From Trichocoleus sp. (GTDB lineage Bacteria; Cyanobacteriota; Cyanobacteriia; Phormidesmidales; Phormidesmidaceae), in NCBI GenBank assembly GCA_036702855.1, contig DATNQF010000102.1, positions 1 through 27,292 of the forward strand: DNA of 27,292 nt, in the 5' to 3' direction. The notes under the pieces were generated by a model. That model did no database searches, had not been told where the DNA came from, and was given only the letters and a program-made list of their open reading frames with translations. A program made the position numbers and the translations under genes. How positions within the stretch are numbered: position 1 is the stretch's first letter; every line of letters begins with the position of its first letter. This document shows positions 9,866 to 16,771 of this stretch, one piece after another.

Positions 9866-10447
9866 GTGGCTGTATCAGTGGAGCCGTCTTTTTCTTCTCA
9901 AGTTCAGCCTGGATTACCCGAGGAATCTCTAACACCTCGGCAGTTAGACAACATTAAAGCCCAGCTTGATCTGGTGCTGCTGGCCTTGGAAACCCTGACC
10001 GGACTTGGATCAGATGCCATGCTGACAGCAGCAAAGGCATTGGGGATGGAGGAATTTTTGAGCGATCGCGTCAGTTTGTGGCGGTTGCGGCAGGCCAGCC
10101 CTTTGCGTAAAGGCCAAGGCCGCAAAAAGTTAGATGTGGAGGAGGCGCGGGCACTAGTCCTGGTCTGCTGTCATCTGGCTCGTCAACACCAGCGGGTGGT
10201 TCGTCAAACCGTTAGCTTGCTGGAGAGTGCGTTGGAACGGGGTCAACCCCTTCATCGGGTGTCCCAGTTAGGCGATTACTTAGATACCTTTAGCAACACC
10301 TATCAGGAGCGCATGGAAGGGGACTCAGACGCAACTCCTGATGAATTAAGCGCGCTGGCCCTTAGGCTTTTGACGGATCTGCTGTTTTATAGCGGAGCCA
10401 GTGGAGAGCGACGACTTTGGCTATACCTATTGGACCGAGCGAAGTAA
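9866..10447 (+). CDS. Conserved cyanobacterial hypothetical protein, DUF3038-like
   Basis: This 193-aa ORF has a GTG start. Its helical, Leu-rich sequence (LDLVLLALETLTGLGSDAMLTAAKALGMEEF...ALVLVCCHLARQHQRVV) fits my recollection of the cyanobacteria-restricted DUF3038 family. The assignment is from memory, not a search. The ORF lies immediately upstream of a DUF4335-like gene, with a 6-nt gap. Confidence 0.5.
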   Translation: MAVSVEPSFSSQVQPGLPEESLTPRQLDNIKAQLDLVLLALETLTGLGSDAMLTAAKALGMEEFLSDRVSLWRLRQASPLRKGQGRKKLDVEEARALVLVCCHLARQHQRVVRQTVSLLESALERGQPLHRVSQLGDYLDTFSNTYQERMEGDSDATPDELSALALRLLTDLLFYSGASGERRLWLYLLDRAK

Positions 10448-10453
10448 GCAGCC

Positions 10454-11860
10454 ATGACGCCGACCTCTGAACTCACCTCTCTCAACTACACCTCACCCAC
10501 CTGCACCTTAGGTCTCATGGGTGAGCTATCATCGCTGAGCCGAGTGGCCGAAAAGCCGATCCTAAAACGGTTACGGTTTGAGTTACAGATTCGCACTGGG
10601 GAGGGCGACCTAGTAGTAGAGGTCAGGGGAATGCGATCGCAACTGCTAGCGCTCACAAATACGGTACAAACCTACGTCCAAAATTATCTCGACACCCCCA
10701 GTGACAGCCCAGAACTTCCCAGCCCTACGACAACAGAAGGTATTTCGTTACAGCCTGAAAGCTTAACGCGCCAAACCCTTGTCTTAGGTAATCTGGCTCC
10801 ACGCAGCGGTCCCCAGCAAGTGGCTTTGAATACCTTGCAGCTTGCCGATCTTGCGGATGTTCTCGATCAATTAGAAGCGGCTGTGGCTATCCTGCCAGCG
10901 GAGATGGTACCCGCTTCAGTTCAGTCTCGTCGCCCACCATCGCGCCGCTTTGCCTGGGCGGGTTCGACTGCTGCGGCAGCACTGCTAGTAGTCGTAGGAG
11001 CCAGTACCGTCCTCCCTGGCATTCTCAACCAAGGACGTGTGTCTCAACCTGAAACTGCTTCCGCGCCTGACCTCATACCTCCTGAACCAGAGGTATCTCC
11101 AAGATCAGGAGGAATCATAAGTCCCCCTTCTCTTGAGATACCCACGGCTAAAACAAGTGAACCCTCTCCGGCCAGGAGTCCTCAGCCTACCCCTCAAACT
11201 GCGCCGGGTGCGATCGCAAATCAGCCAAGCCAAGCCCCCGCTTTGCCGCCTTCTGGCAGAGAAACTCAAGGATTCGGGTCTGCTACACCCAATACAACTC
11301 AGCCCCCCAGGTCTCAAACGGATTCTCCTACCCAACCTCCTCAACCCCAAGCGGTTAATCCTGAGATCGCTTCCCTACCCAATTCTCAAGCTGCCTCAAA
11401 AATTCCTGAAACAGCACCCACCCCCTCCCCAGAGCAAAGCTTAGAGCAGGGTCAAGCCACCCTATCTGCTCCGGCTCCTGAAGGAGGAACAGCGGCAGCA
11501 AACGACCAAGCGGATCAAGCTGCCGGGGCTTCCAACCGAACGGCCAACATCCCGGCAGACGAAGTTGCAGAGCAATCGATAGCAATTCTACGGGCCAGAT
11601 TACAGAGGCAGTGGACTCCTCCCGCAGATTTAAGAGTTCCGCTAACCTACGTTTTAGTGATTGATCCCACAGGAACGTTGCAATCTGTCGTTCCTCAGGA
11701 TAGGGCGGCTGAGGAATATCGCGATCGCATTCCGACACTGACTCCTGGTGCATTGCTGACCCCAGCGCAGGAAACACGCCAATCCCTCAGACTAACGTTG
11801 TTTCCCTCAGGGACAGTTATCCTAGCACCGATCATCAACAGCGAACCTGAGTCCCCTTAA
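10454..11860 (+). CDS. Conserved cyanobacterial hypothetical protein, DUF4335-like, with a central TM segment and a Pro/Ser/Thr/Gln-rich linker
   Basis: The ATG is 6 nt after the upstream stop. The N-terminal conserved block is LGLMGELSSLSRVAEKPILKRLRFELQIRTGEGDLVVEVRGMRSQLLALTNTVQTYVQNYL. A hydrophobic helix follows (WAGSTAAAALLVVVGASTVLPGIL), then about 170 aa of low-complexity P/S/T/Q sequence and a structured C-terminal domain (RLQRQWTPPADLRVPLTYVLVIDPTGTLQSVVPQD). Confidence 0.5.
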   Translation: MTPTSELTSLNYTSPTCTLGLMGELSSLSRVAEKPILKRLRFELQIRTGEGDLVVEVRGMRSQLLALTNTVQTYVQNYLDTPSDSPELPSPTTTEGISLQPESLTRQTLVLGNLAPRSGPQQVALNTLQLADLADVLDQLEAAVAILPAEMVPASVQSRRPPSRRFAWAGSTAAAALLVVVGASTVLPGILNQGRVSQPETASAPDLIPPEPEVSPRSGGIISPPSLEIPTAKTSEPSPARSPQPTPQTAPGAIANQPSQAPALPPSGRETQGFGSATPNTTQPPRSQTDSPTQPPQPQAVNPEIASLPNSQAASKIPETAPTPSPEQSLEQGQATLSAPAPEGGTAAANDQADQAAGASNRTANIPADEVAEQSIAILRARLQRQWTPPADLRVPLTYVLVIDPTGTLQSVVPQDRAAEEYRDRIPTLTPGALLTPAQETRQSLRLTLFPSGTVILAPIINSEPESP

Positions 11861-11940
11861 AGGACTGACCTACAAGGTAGTGGTTTGACAAGATTAAAAG
11901 AAGGCATTCAGTCTGTGTCATTGCGAGCCTGAGAAGCAAT

Positions 11941-12090
11941 CTTCGCTCAAGAACTGCTGCACCGAGATTGCTATAGACCTACGGGCATAGCTACGCTTTT
12001 CTTGAATGCCCTTGGGTTATGCGCTCTGCACTCTGCGAGAAGGAAGCTACGCAATGACAATGCATATCTTTAGGCTTGTCAGTCCAGTAG
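11941..12090 (+). repeat. Copy A (expanded) of a short dispersed intergenic repeat
   Basis: CTTCGC..GAAC.TGCTGCACC....AGCTACGC...AGCTACGCAATGACAATGCATATCTTTAGGCTTGTCAGTCCAGTAG is collinear with copy B at 16164-16227. Copy A carries internal insertions and a duplicated AGCTACGC core. Confidence 0.5.
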
Positions 12091-12134
12091 AAAAGTTAAA
12101 GGCAGACTTTTCTAGAGGTTGGCCGGAATAAGAG

Positions 12135-12590
12135 CTAAGCGTCTGAAGGTCTCTTCTTGTGCATCGCTTTGCGCTGGCGGGCCACCGACATTGCCTTATC
12201 TACTGGAAAACCCACAACAGGAATTACTTGGAAGCGACGTTCTGTTTCTAGCTTCTTAAGCTCGGTGTAATCGACCCAATGAATGCAGTCCACCGGGCAA
12301 GTATCAATCGCTTCCTGAATCACCTCTTCAGGATCACTGTCCTGACTGTAGACTCGGGAACGCCCATAATCAGGCTCAATATAAAAGGTATTGCGGGCAA
12401 TGTGGGCGCAATGCTTACAGCCGATGCAGGTAATCTCATCGACGTAAACTCCCTTCTGGCGCAACACTCCGCCCAGTTCAGGCTCAAATCCGGTGCGGGC
12501 TTCCTGCTCTCGCAATTGTCCACCCAGTTCAGGCTCTAACCCAGTCGGCTGTTCGCTAGTATTCTCACCAAAGAAAAACGAATCATCCAT
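12135..12590 (-). CDS. Single-cluster 4Fe-4S ferredoxin (COG1141-type; possibly Fed7-like) with an N-terminal tandem 17-aa repeat
   Basis: The cluster-ligand motif is CIGCKHCAHIARNTFYIEPDYGRSRV...DTCPVDCIHWV (CxxCxxC...CP). The N-terminus carries a direct repeat, TGLEPELGGQLREQEAR / TGFEPELGGVLRQKGVY. At the DNA level, CCCAGTTCAGGCTC occurs at 12472-12485 and 12523-12536. Confidence 0.75.
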   Translation of the reverse strand: MDDSFFFGENTSEQPTGLEPELGGQLREQEARTGFEPELGGVLRQKGVYVDEITCIGCKHCAHIARNTFYIEPDYGRSRVYSQDSDPEEVIQEAIDTCPVDCIHWVDYTELKKLETERRFQVIPVVGFPVDKAMSVARQRKAMHKKRPSDA

Positions 12591-12668
12591 CGGTCTACCT
12601 AGGTTCCTTGTGAACGCCTAGACGCCAAGCAGGTTCACATCCCACCATCGCAACTAGGCTGATTACAA

Positions 12669-12693
12669 GACAAGGGGCTTAAGGCCCCTTGTC
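12669..12693 (-). terminator. Perfect GC-rich hairpin between the ycf35-like stop and the ferredoxin start
   Basis: GACAAGGGGC-TTAAG-GCCCCTTGTC forms a 10-bp stem with a 5-nt loop, about 40 nt downstream of the DUF1257 stop on the minus strand. There is no clear U-tract. It may be a partial terminator, a processing site or a stabilising hairpin. The stem sequence is shared with the rpsB-tsf hairpin. Confidence 0.35.
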
Positions 12694-12731
12694 GCATCAA
12701 TATAACCTTGTCGTAGAAATGTCTCGGATAA

Positions 12732-13124
12732 TTAACCGTTCCAGCGCTGCACTACCAGGCGAATGGAGCCATCGCTGTTAACTTGCTGTTCAGCCACCTG
12801 AAAGCCTTTTTTGGAAGACTCATTGATAACGGTGTGAAAAGCATAGCGCTGAGTCACCTGATTCAGGAAACCATCTACCGTGAGCGGCTGCTTCCAATAT
12901 TGGAGATCTGCTACCAACTCATAGTCATGAGTTTCTGGATTACAGCGGAAGCCAATGTCATAACCGTTGTCTTGCTCAATGACAACGTCCGCAACTTGAG
13001 TTTGGCCTTGGTATCCCCGAACCTGGCTAGGGCCAACCTTCCAGTCAGTGCCCAAGTCGGTCAGGGCAGCCTGTAGGGATTCGAGGTTACGGATTTTGGT
13101 TTTAATCTGGCTAAAGTGTGACAT
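12732..13124 (-). CDS. Ycf35-like / DUF1257 family protein
   Basis: This 130-aa product (MSHFSQIKTKIRNLESLQAALTDLGTDWKVGPSQVRGYQGQTQVADVVIEQDNGYDIGFR...) matches my recollection of the cyanobacterial and plastid Ycf35 (DUF1257) family. It lies 42 nt downstream of a DUF2997-like ORF on the same strand. Confidence 0.55.
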   Translation of the reverse strand: MSHFSQIKTKIRNLESLQAALTDLGTDWKVGPSQVRGYQGQTQVADVVIEQDNGYDIGFRCNPETHDYELVADLQYWKQPLTVDGFLNQVTQRYAFHTVINESSKKGFQVAEQQVNSDGSIRLVVQRWNG

Positions 13125-13166
13125 GTTAACCGCAGATAAACTAAGTAGACGAGGACTAAAATCTGA

Positions 13167-13382
13167 TTACCACTCGCTGTAAGAAACCTGAGCCTTAGTC
13201 TGCTCTGAGGTCGTTTGAGTTACAGGCTGAGTGTAGTAGTCAGAGGTCATCTGCTGGGAAACCACTTTACCGAGTTGCGCTTCAATTGCGGCGGTCACTT
13301 CAGTGCAAGAAGCGCCTACAATGCCCGTCACCATTTCCTTAACACGGCCGTCAGGATAAATGATGAACTCAAGTGTTTCCAT
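13167..13382 (-). CDS. Small conserved protein, DUF2997-like
   Basis: This 71-aa ORF (METLEFIIYPDGRVKEMVTGIVGASCTEVTAAIEAQLGKVV...) has GAGG 14 nt upstream of the ATG. DUF2997 proteins commonly sit next to DUF1257 genes. Confidence 0.5.
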   Translation of the reverse strand: METLEFIIYPDGRVKEMVTGIVGASCTEVTAAIEAQLGKVVSQQMTSDYYTQPVTQTTSEQTKAQVSYSEW

Positions 13383-13768
13383 AACAGTCCTGAACCTCTA
13401 CATTTATGTACGTTAAGTTCTGTAAACTGCACTAACCTCTGTCTATCGGCTTGTTAACCGTTTTTTGGAGTGGCCTGAAACCCCCTCTGATGCTACCAAG
13501 CAAGCTCAGGACTAGTTGAGAGGTTTCATTGTAAAAATTAATGCAGCTTATTGAACCTGCGAGTCGGCACATCGACTAGATGTAGTTTCGCGTAACTTCT
13601 AAAACCCGTCAAGCCAGAGATTTTACAAAGCTGATGATAGAGAGGCTATAAGCGATTTTTTCGACTCTGGTTTTATATTTCTTCACACAAAAGGGTCTAC
13701 CCACCAGAAGATCGCAGGTCTTTGCTATGTATAAGTACTTAGTAAATCCTGTCAAGTTTGGCCGCTAA

Positions 13769-14548
13769 TTAGCGGGTCTGTAAGAAGTTAAGAACCCGCT
13801 GAGGGGTTTTGAGGTCTCCCGAAAGCTTCCTCACAGGACTCGGCCACGCCCGTACTAATGTTGGCGTCACTGAAATCTGATCTGCTTCAGCCTGCTCAGG
13901 GTGTTGAGTTACGTCGATAACCTTTAGGGTGTAAGGCTGTTTAAGAATAGTTTCAAACGTTTCATGGAGCAGGCGAAGAAGTTCTTCTGTTAATGCTGTC
14001 TCAGCCCCATTAACAAACAGGCGAAAAATAAATGCCTGACTTTCTTCCGAGGCAGGGGATGGCACAGACAAGGGATAGGGGATGCTGGTAGGTGCGATCG
14101 CTTTTTTCACCCGCAGGATCAAGTCGTGATTCTCCCAAAGTTGGGGGAACTGTGGCCGATACGTCTCAATTAAGGCAGGCGAACAACTGGTGGGAGAAGA
14201 ATAAACAGGTTGCCAGCGCACTGCATCTAGGGCAAAAACTGTGTTGAGTAGCGATTGAAACCGCAAGACTTGAGGATAGGCCTCTGCCAACGTGATGGGC
14301 TGTTGGGAAACAGGGTCAATCCAGCGATCGAGAGTAGCCGTGTAGGCCGGCAGCAAAAAGTAGGGTGGATCGGGCAGGGCAAAATGCTCTTGAAGCGTCG
14401 CACAAAGGTCGAGGTGCCAGCGAGCCCGCTTCTCGGTATCAATGCAATAAACGAGATCACCCCCAGGTGTAAACAGGGCAATGCCCTTATACGCCTGGGG
14501 GTTAGTTTGGGAAAGGCTAGTCGGAGTATGGGGCCGTAAAGGTACCAA
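13769..14548 (-). CDS. Long-form KaiB-like protein: ~160-aa N-terminal domain of unknown function plus a C-terminal KaiB (thioredoxin-like) domain
   Basis: The C-terminal ~95 aa (FIFRLFVNGAETALTEELLRLLHETFETILKQPYTLKVIDVTQHPEQAEADQISVTPTLVRAWPSPVRKLSGDLKTPQRVL) align closely with KaiB (YILKLYVAGNT...[41 protein letters not shown]). The ORF opens with TTG at 14546-14548, 2 nt after the pilT-like stop in a different frame. The true start is uncertain because there is no ATG in the first 100 codons. Confidence 0.65.
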   Translation of the reverse strand: MVPLRPHTPTSLSQTNPQAYKGIALFTPGGDLVYCIDTEKRARWHLDLCATLQEHFALPDPPYFLLPAYTATLDRWIDPVSQQPITLAEAYPQVLRFQSLLNTVFALDAVRWQPVYSSPTSCSPALIETYRPQFPQLWENHDLILRVKKAIAPTSIPYPLSVPSPASEESQAFIFRLFVNGAETALTEELLRLLHETFETILKQPYTLKVIDVTQHPEQAEADQISVTPTLVRAWPSPVRKLSGDLKTPQRVLNFLQTR

Positions 14549-14550
14549 TC

Positions 14551-15774
14551 CTAGACACGCCCACGCAGAATTTGAGCCATTTCGTTCTGTTTCGGGGACA
14601 TTTCCAAAGCAGTCTCCTCTGTAATGCGCCCTGCTTCATAAAGTGCATACAACGACTGGTTCATAGTGCACATACCGTCGAAGGTACACTTCGGAATCAG
14701 CGCTTCCACTTCATCTAACTGACCACGCAGAATATAGTCCTTAATTGCGTCGGTATTAATCAAGATATCGTGGAAAGCGGCCCGCTTACCGTCTGTTGTC
14801 CGGCACAGACCTTGCGCAATTACCGCCACCAAAGATTCTGCTAGAGAAACCCGAATTGGAGCCTGCTGCTCAGGTTCAAACAGGTTAAGAATCCGCTCAA
14901 TCGTCTTAACGGCGCTGTTGGTGTGTAGGGTTCCCATCACCAAGTGACCTGTTTGGGCCGCTTTTAGTGCTGTGGTAACGGTTTCCTTGTCCCGCATCTC
15001 ACCTACCAGAATGATGTCTGGGTCTTCCCGCAGCGAGGCTTTCAGTGCGTTGTCAAACTTGTGGGTATGCATGCCCACTTCCCGCTGCTTGATCAGCGAT
15101 CGCTTACTCATGTGAACGAATTCAACAGGGTCTTCAATCGTAATGATGTTTTTAGGCATCTCCGTGTTGATGTAGTCAATCATTGCGGCCAGGGTCGTGG
15201 ACTTACCCGAACCCGTTGGCCCTGTCACCAACACCAAACCTTTGTGATAGTGGCAGACATCCCGGAACACGGAGGAAAACCCAAGTTGATCCAGCGTCAG
15301 AATCTTTACTGGAATCAGACGGAGTACCATTGCTGGACCCCGCAACGAGTCAAATACGTTGATCCGGATTCGGGTGAAGTCGTATTGAGCAGCGCCGTCG
15401 AAGTCTAATGTCTGCTTGAACTCCTGAATCTGCTCAGGCTTCATAATCTCCGCCAACCAGCCATAAAAGGTGGCTTCGTCCGTGACGGGGTATTCAGTAA
15501 TAGCAATTTCGCCCCGTTCTCTAAAGCGAGGCACCTCACCCACACCTAGGTGAACGTCGGAGAATCCCTTATCAAAGGCTTCTCGAACAATTTTTTCTAA
15601 GGTCAATCCCGTGCCTACTTTGACCCCGACTGCGCTAGTTGGAATGGGGGGCGGAGCAGCTGGACGATGTCCAGCAGGCGCAGCAGCGACTGGAGGAGCA
15701 GATGGACGTGGCGGGGGCGGGGGCGGCGGGGTTTGCATATTTCGGGGAGCGGGGTTACGCGGTAGCTCACTCAT
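14551..15774 (-). CDS. pilT: PilT-family type IV pilus retraction ATPase with a proline-rich N-terminal extension
   Basis: Walker A is present (LVLVTGPTGSGKSTTLAAM). So are the Asp box and Walker B (DPDIILVGEMRD), the His box (TGHLVMGTLHTNSA) and the conserved PilT C-terminal region. The N-terminal ~50 aa are MSELPRNPAPRNMQTPPPPPPPRPSAPPVAAAPAGHRPAAPPPIP. GAGG lies 9 nt upstream of the ATG. Confidence 0.85.
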   Translation of the reverse strand: MSELPRNPAPRNMQTPPPPPPPRPSAPPVAAAPAGHRPAAPPPIPTSAVGVKVGTGLTLEKIVREAFDKGFSDVHLGVGEVPRFRERGEIAITEYPVTDEATFYGWLAEIMKPEQIQEFKQTLDFDGAAQYDFTRIRINVFDSLRGPAMVLRLIPVKILTLDQLGFSSVFRDVCHYHKGLVLVTGPTGSGKSTTLAAMIDYINTEMPKNIITIEDPVEFVHMSKRSLIKQREVGMHTHKFDNALKASLREDPDIILVGEMRDKETVTTALKAAQTGHLVMGTLHTNSAVKTIERILNLFEPEQQAPIRVSLAESLVAVIAQGLCRTTDGKRAAFHDILINTDAIKDYILRGQLDEVEALIPKCTFDGMCTMNQSLYALYEAGRITEETALEMSPKQNEMAQILRGRV

Positions 15775-16163
15775 AGGTCGCCTCTAGATACATCTATGCT
15801 GATAGACTGAATTAACAGGTAAAGCGGGGCGGACAGATTACCTATTTGTCCTTAATGATCCATAGATTTCCCAAATCTTCAAGATAGGTTAACGGCAAAC
15901 CCCAAGAAATTCTGGGCTTTAAAACTCTGGGCATTAACTTAAGGCCGAGAGCAGGGCAGCCTACCAAACGGCATTGTCTACTCCACAAGCTACAGCCCTA
16001 GCAGGCCGCCAGAAACGAGCTAGGAAACACAACAAGTAAAGACAGCTACCTGCATTCGAAACAAAACGGCACCCTACTGGACAAGGCTAAAGGGGTAGGT
16101 TGGGTTAAGCCTTGGCGAAACCCGACAAGTCAGACTAGCGCCGGGTTTTCTCCAAGGGAGACG

Positions 16164-16227
16164 CTTCGCGAACGCGTTGCTCAACCCAGCTACGCAATGC
16201 ACGCTTTTAGTCTTGTCAAATCAGTAG
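16164..16227 (+). repeat. Copy B (compact) of the same dispersed intergenic repeat
   Basis: CTTCGCGAACGCGTTGCTCAACCCAGCTACGCAATGCACGCTTTTAGTCTTGTCAAATCAGTAG shares a 12-nt exact block AGCTACGCAATG with copy A. About 40 of the 46 following positions also match. Confidence 0.5.
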
Positions 16228-16539
16228 TGCTATGGGTTGTATTTAGCCTAACCGTATCACCTTGAGTTGTTCTGTAGCCTGCTTCTACATAGCACTAAAA
16301 ACTTTTAGACAACAGGGCTGGGAAAAACCTTGAGAGAATTTTTACGAGCGAAGCTTCAATACTAATAAGGCACCAGGCACAGCAAGTTCGCTGTTAGGGT
16401 TACAACATCTCCATAACTTTGAAGAGAGGCCTAAAGAGACGTTACCCAGATGATCAGATTGAGTGTAGATGCATCCTGATTTAGAGGATCGTAAGCCTAT
16501 TCTCCCTGACCAGGTCGAAGCTGCCCAGAAGACTGTCAC

Positions 16540-16771
16540 CCCTCACCCCCAAACTTCGTCTTAGAATTTCGTGCCCAGTCGGCGTTAAAGAAAGGCTAGA
16601 AGTGCAACGAGTTAGGCATCTCTGTATAGCCCCCCAACCCAATCAAACCTTCAAAGAAATGGTCCCTTTGTGTTAGAGTGACAAAGTTGTCAAAATTACA
16701 CATCCGGAGTTTCGGGTGTCTCTAAATAGAGATGCTTCCGGGTGGAAGGTAAACCCGAAAGGAGAAAAATA
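16540..16771 (+). promoter_or_regulatory. rpsB promoter and structured 5' leader (candidate S2 autoregulatory element)
   Basis: An imperfect palindrome TGACAA-AG-TTGTCA lies around 16678-16691. Several small stem-loops are visible: ACATCCG...CGGGTGT, TCTCT-AAAT-AGAGA and CGGGT...ACCCG. The RBS AAAGGAGA follows. No transcription start site can be assigned from sequence alone. Confidence 0.3.

Noticed and set aside
12086-12110. AU-rich inverted repeat AGAAAAGT-N9-ACTTTTCT just downstream of the ferredoxin stop
   Set aside because: It could be a weak 3' stem-loop. It has an 8-bp A/T-rich stem and no U-tract on either strand. It is not convincing as an intrinsic terminator.
15708-15731. G-rich run (GGCGGGGGCGGGGGCGGCGGGG) as a possible G-quadruplex or regulatory element
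   Set aside because: It is simply the complement of CCN proline codons encoding the poly-Pro N-terminus of the PilT-like protein. It has only three runs of three or more G, so it does not meet a canonical G4 pattern.
16040-16060. TTCGAAA-containing stretch scanned as a possible tRNA T-loop in the long intergenic region
   Set aside because: No acceptor stem or anticodon arm can be folded around it, and no GTTCGAATCC-type T-loop is present. No tRNA gene could be supported anywhere in the window.
16742-16771. The track start for rpsB at 16742 ([10 protein letters not shown]...)
   Set aside because: The conserved S2 N-terminus begins at MPVVTL. A strong AAAGGAGA RBS sits 6 nt before ATG 16772, so the upstream extension would have to be translated through its own RBS.
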